From an uncultured Ignavibacteriota bacterium (lineage in GTDB: Bacteria; Bacteroidota; Ignavibacteria; UBA10030; UBA8401), in NCBI GenBank assembly GCA_903958625.1, contig CAJBTU010000003.1, forward strand, positions 1 to 49,301: a stretch of DNA of 49,301 nt, read 5' to 3'. Every line of letters begins with the position of its first letter. The stretch's first letter is position 1. The notes under the pieces are model-generated. The model did no database searches and had not been told where the DNA came from. It was given only the letters and a program-made list of their open reading frames with translations. The translations under genes were made by a program, and so were the position numbers. Shown here one piece after another: positions 18,116 through 27,128 of this stretch.

Positions 18116-19267
18116 ATGAAGAAAATAGCTGTTATTTTTGGAACAAGACCCGATACAATCAAACTCGCTCCGGTGATCGTAGAATTACAGCGGCTGCACA
18201 AACATTTTGATGTCATTCCCATAGCAACCGCGCAACACCGTTCAATGCTTGACCAGGTGCTGGATGTTTTCACGATCGATCCCCGGTACGATCTGAACGT
18301 GATGAAACCGAACCAATCGCTGGCCATGATCACTAAGAACATCATCGGAGCGCTGGATGATATTCTTATCAAAGAAAATCCTGATATGATCGTTGTTCAG
18401 GGTGATACTTCCACAACATTTGTCGGTAGCTTGGCGGCATTTTACCGGCACATTCCCATTGCTCATGTGGAAGCGGGATTACGCACGTACGACAAGAACA
18501 ATCCGTTCCCCGAAGAGATCAACAGACGATTGACAACGTGTCTGGCCGACCTGCATTTTGCACCGACAGCTACGTCAAAGAAAGCCTTGCTGAAAGAACA
18601 TGTCGATCCGAAATCCATCTTCGTTACCGGCAATACGGTGATTGATGCCTTGAATACATCTGTGAGAAAACAATACCGTTTTAGTTATGCTCCGCTCAAT
18701 GCCATTCTCGCCGGTACAAAACGCCGGATTCTTATCACAATGCATCGCCGCGAAAATTGGGGAACGCCGATGCACAATGCCTGCATTGCCGTACAACGAT
18801 TGGCAATGAAATACCCTGATATCGATTTTATCTTTCCCGTTCACTTAAATCCTATGGTCCGCAATATTGTGTATCCGATATTGTCTCATGTGCCGAATGT
18901 GATGCTTATCGAACCGCTTGACTATCTGGATTTCGTCAATACAATCGCCCGTGTAACGCTCGTCCTCACCGATTCGGGCGGAGTTCAGGAAGAGGCCCCT
19001 TCGCTTGGGAAACCGGTATTGGTCTTGCGCAGCACGACCGAGCGGCCGGAAGCGGTGAAATACGGCACGGCAAAACTGGTAGGATTAAACGAGAATTTGA
19101 TCTTTTCCGCAACATGCAGACTTTTAGACAATTCAAAAGCATACAAAGCAATGGCGACGGCCACAAATCCGTATGGCGATGGTCTGGCATCGGCGAGGAT
19201 CGCAACGATTATCAGCAAATATTTTGGTCTGTCAAAAAAGACCGCCAAGGAATTCAAACCCCGGTAA
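18116..19267 (+). CDS. wecB: UDP-N-acetylglucosamine 2-epimerase (non-hydrolysing)
   Basis: FGTRPDTIKLAP, VQGDT, HVEAGLRT, PFPEEINR, TDSGGVQEEAPSLGKP, TERPEAV, NPYGDG. Confidence 0.95.
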   Translation: MKKIAVIFGTRPDTIKLAPVIVELQRLHKHFDVIPIATAQHRSMLDQVLDVFTIDPRYDLNVMKPNQSLAMITKNIIGALDDILIKENPDMIVVQGDTSTTFVGSLAAFYRHIPIAHVEAGLRTYDKNNPFPEEINRRLTTCLADLHFAPTATSKKALLKEHVDPKSIFVTGNTVIDALNTSVRKQYRFSYAPLNAILAGTKRRILITMHRRENWGTPMHNACIAVQRLAMKYPDIDFIFPVHLNPMVRNIVYPILSHVPNVMLIEPLDYLDFVNTIARVTLVLTDSGGVQEEAPSLGKPVLVLRSTTERPEAVKYGTAKLVGLNENLIFSATCRLLDNSKAYKAMATATNPYGDGLASARIATIISKYFGLSKKTAKEFKPR

Positions 19268-19278
19268 GAAAGAACAAC

Positions 19279-22200
19279 GTGCGAAAAATATTATTCATTG
19301 TACTTTTCAGTTTCCTGTCCGTTTCACTCTTTTCACAGCAGCACAAAAAAGTTCTCGTCGTTACAGAGGGCGTTTCCGATCTCAACAATCCTTCCTTCGC
19401 TGTCGGCAGGCAGCTCCTTACCCTGTGTGGTCATTTCGCCGCACAATCGACACTGATAGCGGTTCATGATTATACGCCGGAAATGACGGAACAATATGAT
19501 GTAATTTTTTACACTGGATTCAATCCGAAAAATACCGTTCCCAAAGTATTTTTGAACGATGTATTCAAAACATCGAAACAGGTTGTATGGTTAAGCACCG
19601 GTTTTATCGAATTCTGCCGCGACTTCCCTGTTGAAAAGCAGTTTGGGTTTTCGGTCGCAAAATTTGATTCTGCAACCGAATATTCCACTGTGCTCTACGG
19701 TTCAAAAATATTCGGCCGGTCTGAAATGACAACCGGAATAATCCGCATAGCAGATAAACATAAAGTTCAAGTGGTTGCAACGATCCGTGCCAAAAAATCT
19801 TCATCCGAACTTCCCTATATCGTCCGGTCGGCTAATCTTACCTATATTGCTGATTCCCCTCTGTCGTACACCGACGTCAGCGACCGGTATCTTCTTTTTG
19901 CCGATATGCTGCATGACATTGTCGGAGAAGATCACGAAGAACATCATACGGCCATTGTCCGCATTGAAGATGTGGACGCATATGAAGACCCGAACGAACT
20001 TCGCGACATTGCCGATCTTCTTTCTGCAAAAGAGATCCCCTTTTTAGTTGGTGTTGTTCCCTTCTATGTGGATCCAAATACAGGAACCCGTTCCAGTTTA
20101 TCGGAGCGACCTGACCTTGTTGATGCATTGAAATATATGGTACGCAACGGCGGAACGATCGTAATGCACGGAACGACACACCAGTACAAAGGTACAACAA
20201 CGGTCGATTTTGAATATTGGGACGAAAGCACAAACAAACCGATCAAAGAACAGACCGAGGCGGATATCGAACGGAAATTTGAACTGGGGCTGCAGGAATT
20301 TATGCGCAACGGATTGAATCCGTTGATCTGGGAAACACCGCACTACACGGCATCGAGACTCGCCTATACGGTGGCGGCGCGGCATTTCAGCACTGCCTGT
20401 GAACAGCGCCTTGCCAATGAAGACGCCGATTTCAGCCAGTACTTTCCCTATATCATCAATAAGGATCTCTACGGCCAGACGATCTTTCCGGAAAATTTAG
20501 GATATGTGCCTCAAGATAAAAATCCGGAAGTTGGCGAAAATGCCGTGCGAGTGATCCTGAACGGCGCCAGGACACTGCTTAATGTCCGCGACGGCGTGGC
20601 CGGATTTTTCTTCCACCCTTTCATCCGCATATCGCTATTGGAAAAAATCGTTGACGGCATGCAGGAGATGGGATACACATTTCTTGATATCAAAGATTCT
20701 CCGCACTGGGTAAAGGCAAAAGAAAAAACCATTCTGTGCGGTACCCAGCAATACTCGCTTAATGTGAACGATCAATACCTTGTTGAATCGTATTCCGATC
20801 ATACCGGCGAATTAAAAGAAAAGAGCATTTCAACGGAACGGATGAAAGGCCGCGTCGCAAAAACAATATCGTTGGATGAGGGGGAAACATACAAGGCGGA
20901 ACTGACCGATATCCGCATTAAGGAAATATCGCTGCTGGAAAAAACGGAACGTTTTGCAACGCAGGTATGGGAAAAAACTCTGGCACCGGAAATCAACTGG
21001 GAATATCCCCGCGTGGCCGTTCTGTGGAATCATTTTTTACGGGGGGCACAATTCAATAATCAGGCATCGTACATTTCGGCTCTGCAAAGTGTGAATATTA
21101 CGGTTGATACAATATTTGTCAATGAGCCTCTTGAGCTCTCCCGTTATAATGTGGTCATCGTTCCTTCCGGATTTGTTGACTCGTTGAAACAGACCGATTA
21201 TGATATTCTAACAAGCTTTGTTTCCAAGGGTGGAAATCTTGTCACCGATTCAAAAAGCGAACTTGCCAAGGAGTTCGGCATACAGCATCTGAAATCAATG
21301 CTGCACGTCTCCCGGGTGCGGGATAAATTCTATTCCGAGCAATCGCTGACATGGCGCGATCCGCAGCTGGTGCCAAAATTCGAGGCAGAAGGGATCGACG
21401 AGATCTTTTGCAGCGATGAGGCAACGGAATTACCGATGGTCATCGGAAGAAAATTTGGGAATGGTAAGGTATTGTTCCTGAATTCACTATTCGATCCCCT
21501 TTCGCCGCACGGCTATAGTTTGTATCCCTATTTTATCCAATACGTTCAAAAATATTTCAATATCCGTCCGTTTATCAGACGCGAGGCGCTGGAACTGTAT
21601 TTTGATCCGGGGCTTCGGCATGCGTATTCCATTGAACAATTGGTTGCTCTGTGGGTGAAGCAGGGAGTCCGTATCATCCACGCGTCAGGATGGCATCAAT
21701 ACCCGAAATACACATACGATTATGAGCGGCTGATCCGCGTGGCTCATGCCAACGGCATACTGGTCTTTGCCTGGCTGGAACCCCCTCAGGTCAGTCAAAA
21801 ATTTTGGACCGATCATCCCGAGTGGCGCGAAAAAAATATCAAGGGTGAAGATGTCCGTCCATCGTGGAGATACCCTGTTGCTTTGACCGATGCGCGCTGT
21901 GTGGATTCGATGGTTGCTCTCTATACCGGCTTATTGCAAAAATATGACTGGGACGGGGTGAACATTGCTGAATTGTACTTCGAAGCCGGACAAGGATTTA
22001 AGGATGTTAATTATTTTACACCGATGCATCACACAGCAAAGGAAGAATTCAGACGCCGGTACGGATTCGATCTTCAGTCCGTATTTAACGATACGTCGCA
22101 GCATTATTGGAAGACAAATACCGCTTCCCGTTCTGCCGTGACCGATTTCCGCGTGCATGCGTTGGACGGTATCTATGAACGGATACTTACTTCAGTAAAA

Positions 22201-23223
22201 ATCTTTACCGAGCAGCGGCCGGGATTCCAGATCATCGTTACGGCAATGGATAGTTACGGCTCGCCCGAACTGCGTGAAAATATTGCCGTGGACATGGACC
22301 ATATTATTGCGCTTCAAAAGAAACACAATTTTTATCTGCAGGTGGAAGACCCGGAAAACAAATGGTCAACCTCGCCAACACGTTATCAGGCAATTGCCGA
22401 CCAGTACCGGTCCGAGGTCAGTCATCCGGACCATTTGATGCTCGACCTTAATATCTTGGAGTTCAGGAAAACAGCAACGGTCACCGCATTCCCGACATTG
22501 ACACCGACAGGTATTGAAGGTTACCAGCTTGTTCGCAGTGCGGCTTTAGGAACTTCCCGTTCCACGATCTATAGTGAAGCAACCGTCCCTCCGGAAGATC
22601 TTTCGTTGTACGGTAATGCTCTTACCACCGATGTAACGTACCGGTATTCCGGAAATGAGATCTCCGTATACAGTCCAAGATCCTTTACTTTATCGGTTCC
22701 AAAAAATATCACCGAAGTGAGCATCGACGGTTCGCCGCGGATGCCGGTGCGCAAAGGAAATATTTTGATCACTGCCGGAGAACACCGCCTGGGTCTTCAA
22801 TCGTCGGGTTCCGGTGAGTTTTCCACTTCACAGCTTGAACTGCAGTTGTTATCCATCAATGCAAATCTTCTTTCCATCATCCACTCGATGAGGAATCTCG
22901 ATTTTGAATACGAGTCATCGCAGCGCGTATTGGCCTCGCTGAATGCTAAGCCGACAAAAGTGCTTGTCGACGGAGAAGAATTTCAAACGGTAATTTTGCC
23001 GGGAAATGACTGTTTTACCATCTCCCTTCCAACGGGGAAACACTCCGTTCTTATTTTCACCGGCGATGAATTTGCCTATGGCGTAAGTCTTACCAGTTTC
23101 TGGTCCACTTATGCCATCGCAATATTCGGATTCGGCGCTGTTGTCCTGCTCTTGATGATGTACGTTGTGTTGAAAGTGGTGAAACGGCAGTCGGGCGCAC
23201 GTAATGTGAGGAAAAGTCTATGA
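19279..23223 (+). CDS. Large exported multidomain protein: DUF2334 (YdaL-like, CE4-type) deacetylase + GATase-like domain + glycoside-hydrolase-like barrel + C-terminal TM anchor
   Basis: Likely GTG start at 19279 with signal peptide. CE4-like motifs RIEDVD, HGTTH, ETPHY, FFHPF; GH-like HPEWREK...LLQKYDWDGVNIAELYFE; C-terminal TM (AIAIFGFGAVVLLLMMYVVL) followed by basic residues. Confidence 0.8.
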   Translation: MRKILFIVLFSFLSVSLFSQQHKKVLVVTEGVSDLNNPSFAVGRQLLTLCGHFAAQSTLIAVHDYTPEMTEQYDVIFYTGFNPKNTVPKVFLNDVFKTSKQVVWLSTGFIEFCRDFPVEKQFGFSVAKFDSATEYSTVLYGSKIFGRSEMTTGIIRIADKHKVQVVATIRAKKSSSELPYIVRSANLTYIADSPLSYTDVSDRYLLFADMLHDIVGEDHEEHHTAIVRIEDVDAYEDPNELRDIADLLSAKEIPFLVGVVPFYVDPNTGTRSSLSERPDLVDALKYMVRNGGTIVMHGTTHQYKGTTTVDFEYWDESTNKPIKEQTEADIERKFELGLQEFMRNGLNPLIWETPHYTASRLAYTVAARHFSTACEQRLANEDADFSQYFPYIINKDLYGQTIFPENLGYVPQDKNPEVGENAVRVILNGARTLLNVRDGVAGFFFHPFIRISLLEKIVDGMQEMGYTFLDIKDSPHWVKAKEKTILCGTQQYSLNVNDQYLVESYSDHTGELKEKSISTERMKGRVAKTISLDEGETYKAELTDIRIKEISLLEKTERFATQVWEKTLAPEINWEYPRVAVLWNHFLRGAQFNNQASYISALQSVNITVDTIFVNEPLELSRYNVVIVPSGFVDSLKQTDYDILTSFVSKGGNLVTDSKSELAKEFGIQHLKSMLHVSRVRDKFYSEQSLTWRDPQLVPKFEAEGIDEIFCSDEATELPMVIGRKFGNGKVLFLNSLFDPLSPHGYSLYPYFIQYVQKYFNIRPFIRREALELYFDPGLRHAYSIEQLVALWVKQGVRIIHASGWHQYPKYTYDYERLIRVAHANGILVFAWLEPPQVSQKFWTDHPEWREKNIKGEDVRPSWRYPVALTDARCVDSMVALYTGLLQKYDWDGVNIAELYFEAGQGFKDVNYFTPMHHTAKEEFRRRYGFDLQSVFNDTSQHYWKTNTASRSAVTDFRVHALDGIYERILTSVKIFTEQRPGFQIIVTAMDSYGSPELRENIAVDMDHIIALQKKHNFYLQVEDPENKWSTSPTRYQAIADQYRSEVSHPDHLMLDLNILEFRKTATVTAFPTLTPTGIEGYQLVRSAALGTSRSTIYSEATVPPEDLSLYGNALTTDVTYRYSGNEISVYSPRSFTLSVPKNITEVSIDGSPRMPVRKGNILITAGEHRLGLQSSGSGEFSTSQLELQLLSINANLLSIIHSMRNLDFEYESSQRVLASLNAKPTKVLVDGEEFQTVILPGNDCFTISLPTGKHSVLIFTGDEFAYGVSLTSFWSTYAIAIFGFGAVVLLLMMYVVLKVVKRQSGARNVRKSL

Positions 23224-24491
23224 ATGTTTTGGAAGTCGATTTAAGCGCGTTGTTTGTCGTGGCTGTCATCCTTATCTGGTTCATGATCGCTTACCAGTTT
23301 GTCCTGACGGTTTTCGGGTACATCAATTACGTCCGTTCCATACGCGAGAAACAGCTTGCCGACGGAGCCGCAATAGATTTTCCGTCGTGCACAATTTTAA
23401 TACCGGCACATAATGAAGAAAAGGTCATCGGCGACACTGTGCAGGCCATGCTTGCACTCAGGTATCCGCGGGAGAAGTTACGCATTATTATCATCAACGA
23501 TGGATCACAGGACCGCACGGAAGAGATCGTCCGGCAATATGCTGAGAGCGACGAACGGGTGATCCTGTTCAACGTGCCGAAAGGTGAAGGGGGAAAAGGA
23601 AAGTCGCGCGCATTGAATCTGGCGATCCCAAAGGTTCAATCTGATATCATTGCCGTCTATGATGCAGACAATACTCCGGATCCGGACGCGCTTCGTTATC
23701 TTGTCATACAACTGGTTCATAATAAAGAACTTGGAGCAGTAATCGGAAAGTTCCGTTCGATCAACAAGCACGCCACGCTGCTGAACAGATTCATCAATAT
23801 TGAAACGCTCAGTTTCCAGTCGATGCTGCAGGCCGGACGCTGGCAGTTGCACAAGGTGGCAACGCTGCCCGGAACGAACTACGTCATGTGGACACATCTC
23901 CTCCGGTCGCTGAACGGATGGGATGAGGAAGCGCTGACGGAAGATTCCGAAATGAGCATACGCTTATACGAAGAAGGATACAAGATCAAATTCATTCCGT
24001 ATGCCATAACGTATGAACAGGAACCGCAGGAATGGAAGGTGTGGCTGAAACAACGTCTGCGCTGGGTCCGCGGGAATAATTACGTTATAACAAAATTCTG
24101 GAAGGACTTGCCGAAATTCGAGAGTAAACGTGTCGCATTCGATCTTTTGTATACGCTGTCGCTCTATTATGTGTTCTTCGTGGCGATGATCATTTCCGAT
24201 ATTCTTTTTATTGTGAGTGCGGTCGGTCTTGTCTCCATGAGTCTGCCGGGACCATACACGATTGTGTGGATGATGGCATTTATCCTCTTTATTTTTGAAA
24301 TCATCTTAACAATTTCGTACGATGACGAAGACACCCTCAGCAATATTTTTGTGATCTTGCTAATGTATTTCACTTATTGCCAATTATGGATCTATCTGGT
24401 TCTGAAAGCTTCCTACATCGAATTCATCAAGAAAGAAAAACACACGTGGGATAAAACGGTGCGGTTCGATGTGCGGCCCGGTGCAAAATAA
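23220..24491 (+). CDS. Processive membrane GT2 polysaccharide synthase (YdaM/PgaC/IcaA-like)
   Basis: IPAHNEE, INDGSQD, GKSRALN, DAD, LTED, QRLRW (D,D,D,QxxRW); N- and C-terminal TM helices; ATGA overlap with the upstream gene. Confidence 0.92.
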   Translation: MNVLEVDLSALFVVAVILIWFMIAYQFVLTVFGYINYVRSIREKQLADGAAIDFPSCTILIPAHNEEKVIGDTVQAMLALRYPREKLRIIIINDGSQDRTEEIVRQYAESDERVILFNVPKGEGGKGKSRALNLAIPKVQSDIIAVYDADNTPDPDALRYLVIQLVHNKELGAVIGKFRSINKHATLLNRFINIETLSFQSMLQAGRWQLHKVATLPGTNYVMWTHLLRSLNGWDEEALTEDSEMSIRLYEEGYKIKFIPYAITYEQEPQEWKVWLKQRLRWVRGNNYVITKFWKDLPKFESKRVAFDLLYTLSLYYVFFVAMIISDILFIVSAVGLVSMSLPGPYTIVWMMAFILFIFEIILTISYDDEDTLSNIFVILLMYFTYCQLWIYLVLKASYIEFIKKEKHTWDKTVRFDVRPGAK

Positions 24492-24510
24492 TTTATTCGA
24501 GTTTGTTCAT

Positions 24511-24556
24511 AAAAGAAAAACCCCGAATTCGCATTGAGATCGGGGTTTTCTTTTTT
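24511..24556. terminator. Bidirectional rho-independent terminator
   Basis: AAAAGAAAAACCCCGA...TCGGGGTTTTCTTTTTT between convergent genes. Confidence 0.85.
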
Positions 24557-24637
24557 CATTACGGATAAGTATAACTATTTTTTGAAATAGAAATACCGCA
24601 ACTATGTCAATCAGTTCTTATCCATCGTTCAATAATG

Positions 24638-25168
24638 TTATTTTGTAATCTTCGACGATACTGCCGTTGCGACATATTCTATGTTATCTTTTGTCTGGTC
24701 ACCCATTTGGGAAGAACCGTGGATCTGTCCGTTCTTTTCCGCAATAATCTCGCGTTTCCCTTCCGGCAGCACCATCGTCACATTCACCGTCAAGAATGAA
24801 TCACCCAATCCAAAAAAACTAAACCACCGGAAAAAGCCTATGCCGCGTTCCAACCGCGTTACATGCAGTTGGATGTAGTTCGATTCAGCGGTTTCGACCG
24901 ATACCGGCTTGACACCGCGCGACGTAAGTTCCTTGATCACTTCTTTTCGAAGTGTTTCCTTAAAAGAATCGTTCGTAAATCCTGCGCTTGCGATTTCTTT
25001 TTCCAGGCCTTCTTTCAACGTGGGAGGGAGGATATTCACTTCGCTTCCTGCGGCAATCTTAATCTCTTTGGCACTTTCGTCCCGATCATTCACTGACACC
25101 ATCAAAGACGCACAACCGCCCGCAAAGAGGGAAATAACAATAAGAAGCGATAGAAAATATTTGTTCAT
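24638..25168 (-). CDS. Hypothetical lipoprotein (DUF4410-like)
   Basis: Lipobox FAGGC; segment VTRLERGIGFFRWFSFFGLGDSFLTV resembles DUF4410; AAAGGA RBS. Confidence 0.6.
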   Translation of the reverse strand: MNKYFLSLLIVISLFAGGCASLMVSVNDRDESAKEIKIAAGSEVNILPPTLKEGLEKEIASAGFTNDSFKETLRKEVIKELTSRGVKPVSVETAESNYIQLHVTRLERGIGFFRWFSFFGLGDSFLTVNVTMVLPEGKREIIAEKNGQIHGSSQMGDQTKDNIEYVATAVSSKITK

Positions 25169-25405
25169 CGTGAATATCCTTTCTGAATAATTGAATAGAT
25201 GGTTGATTAAATCCGGTGTTTATTCTTCTCCTGTCATTGCTTACCGGAAAAAAAATTCGTTAAATATAAGCAATTTTATAATTATCATTCAATAAAAAAG
25301 TTGAATACGAATGGTTATTATCGAATTTATGGTGCAGTTCAATTTACCCGTTCCGATTTTTAGTCCACCAATTCGGAATGAATGGGCAACAAAGAGAATA
25401 CATCG

Positions 25406-25468
25406 TCCCCTCCGCACCGAAGTAGTACTTCGAACAAGCGGCGGGGAGTTCAACCCGAAGAGATTAAA
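25406..25468. repeat. Small nested-hairpin element resembling a non-autonomous IS200/IS605-type end or REP
   Basis: TCCCCTCCGC (25406-15)/GCGGCGGGGA (25438-47) outer stem, inner CGAAGTA-G-TACTTCG, tail GTTCAACCCGAAGAGATTAAA. Confidence 0.5.
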
Positions 25469-25471
25469 TTC

Positions 25472-25500
25472 TTGACAATAGGCACCGCAGATCTTATTCT
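25472..25500 (+). promoter_or_regulatory. Putative sigma70-type promoter upstream of ybjQ
   Basis: TTGACA-N17-TATTCT. Confidence 0.45.
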
Positions 25501-25651
25501 GCATATATTCCGCTATTCCCTCAGTGTTTTATCCGACAAAATATACATTCAGAAAACTTCATCGGCATTTATTGCTTCTTAGCACAGTTGTTGCTTTATT
25601 TGCATAACTCAATGGAACAAACTGAAAATTCACAATGGTAACGGAGGAACT

Positions 25652-25969
25652 ATGTTGCTCACCACAACCAACACCGTCGAGGGGAAAAAAGCACTCAAAT
25701 ATCACGGACTTGTCAGCGGAGAAGCGATCCTCGGCGCGAATATCTTCAAAGATCTTTTTGCGGGAATCCGGGACATCGTCGGGGGACGCTCGGCTGCATA
25801 TGAGGAAGAACTTCGCCGGGCTAAGGATATTGCACTGGAGGAAATGCAGCAGCAGGCTCGATCGCTCGGCGCCAACGCCATTATTGGGATTGATCTGGAT
25901 TATGAAACGGTGGGAAGCGGCACGATGCTGATGGTCAGCGCCACCGGTACAGCGGTCACGCTGGAATAA
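25652..25969 (+). CDS. ybjQ: YbjQ / UPF0145 family (putative heavy-metal-binding) protein
   Basis: [52 protein letters not shown]; GGAGG RBS. Confidence 0.92.
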   Translation: MLLTTTNTVEGKKALKYHGLVSGEAILGANIFKDLFAGIRDIVGGRSAAYEEELRRAKDIALEEMQQQARSLGANAIIGIDLDYETVGSGTMLMVSATGTAVTLE

Positions 25970-25973
25970 AAAT

Positions 25974-26017
25974 AATTAGCCGCCCGATGGCGTAGATCAA
26001 TCGGGCGGCTCAATTTT
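25974..26017. terminator. Bidirectional terminator between ybjQ and rdgB
   Basis: AGCCGCCCGAT/ATCGGGCGGCT 11-bp perfect stem with A/T-rich flanks. Confidence 0.75.
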
Positions 26018-26022
26018 AAAGT

Positions 26023-26610
26023 TCAAATTCCTCTCAATATCTCAACCGCTTTTTCCAATGCGCGGGCGCGATGGCTTAGTTGATTCTTCTCTTCAATTGT
26101 CATTTCGGCATACGTTTTTAAATATCCTTTCGGCATGAAAAGCGGATCATAGCCGAATCCCTGATTGCCGCGCGGTTCTTCACATATTACTCCTTCTACG
26201 ATACCTTCCGCCGTCCGTTCGATCCCCTTGCCGACAATGGCAACAACGGTGCGGAACTGCGCTTTCCGTCTGCGCGGCGCGACACCATTCATCGCCTGCC
26301 GCAGTTTATCGCAATTGTCCGCATATGTCGCCTTTTCTCCTGCATATCGGGCGGAATAGACTCCGGGATTCATTGCAAGATAAAAAACCTCCAAGCCTGT
26401 GTCGTCGGCGAGCGTCAGCATTCCTGTTGCGTGGAACGCTTCCCGTGCTTTTTTCAGCGCATTGCCTATAAGCGTCGGCGCATCTTCGACCGTTTTCGGC
26501 GCGTTAGGAATATCGATCAGCGAATGAAGTTCGAAAGGAAGCGAAGAGAAAAAATGTCTGATCTCTTCAACTTTGTGTTTGTTGTTCGTTGCGATAAGGA
26601 GTTTTTCCAT
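26023..26610 (-). CDS. rdgB: Non-canonical purine NTP (XTP/dITP) pyrophosphatase, RdgB/HAM1 family
   Basis: ATNNKHK, ADDTGLEV, PGVYSARYAG, GFGYDPLF, KNQLSHRARA. Confidence 0.96.
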   Translation of the reverse strand: MEKLLIATNNKHKVEEIRHFFSSLPFELHSLIDIPNAPKTVEDAPTLIGNALKKAREAFHATGMLTLADDTGLEVFYLAMNPGVYSARYAGEKATYADNCDKLRQAMNGVAPRRRKAQFRTVVAIVGKGIERTAEGIVEGVICEEPRGNQGFGYDPLFMPKGYLKTYAEMTIEEKNQLSHRARALEKAVEILRGI

Positions 26611-26612
26611 GA

Positions 26613-27080
26613 TCAGTATTTGATCTTATCCTGCTTTTGTTCCCATTCAAGGAATGCGGCAAGTGCTTCCTCGCGCATCAGTTGTTTGGTCGGTATCATC
26701 CGTTCGGAGATCTTTTTGGGAAGTTCTTCATACAGGAATTCGTCGTCAAAACCTATCCGTGCGGCATCGTTTCTGCCGTTCGCGTAATAGATTTTATCCG
26801 GTCGGGCCCAATAGATGGCCCCGAGGCACATGGGGCACGGCTCGCACGATGTATAGATCTCGCAGCCGGTCAGCTGGAATGTCTTCAGCACTTTGCACGC
26901 ATTGCGGATCGCAACAATTTCCGCATGTGCGGTCGGATCGTTCGTGGAAGTGACGGTATTCGTACCGCGTGCAATGATCTTGTTGTCTTTCACGATCACG
27001 CACGCAAACGGTCCGCCGGATCCCTCCCTGATATTCTGGATCGAAAGCCGGATGGCTTCCCACATAAATTCTGCGTTCAT
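26613..27080 (-). CDS. guaD: Guanine deaminase (cytidine-deaminase-fold, B. subtilis GuaD type)
   Basis: GGPF, DPTAHAE, TSCEPCPMCLGAIYWAR, DAARIGFDD, terminal Tyr (KIKY). Confidence 0.85.
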   Translation of the reverse strand: MNAEFMWEAIRLSIQNIREGSGGPFACVIVKDNKIIARGTNTVTSTNDPTAHAEIVAIRNACKVLKTFQLTGCEIYTSCEPCPMCLGAIYWARPDKIYYANGRNDAARIGFDDEFLYEELPKKISERMIPTKQLMREEALAAFLEWEQKQDKIKY

Positions 27081-27128
27081 AATTTTTCCTGCACTTTTTC
27101 GGTCCGTGCAATTCCGGAATCTTTTCTG

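Noticed and set aside
19114-19278. N-terminal extension of the 1369-aa ORF
   Set aside because: Overlaps wecB by about 150 nt; the signal peptide begins at GTG 19279.
25289-25582. Short ORFs 25289-25504 (-) and 25382-25582 (+)
   Set aside because: They cross the hairpin element and promoter-like sequence, with no RBS or family motifs.
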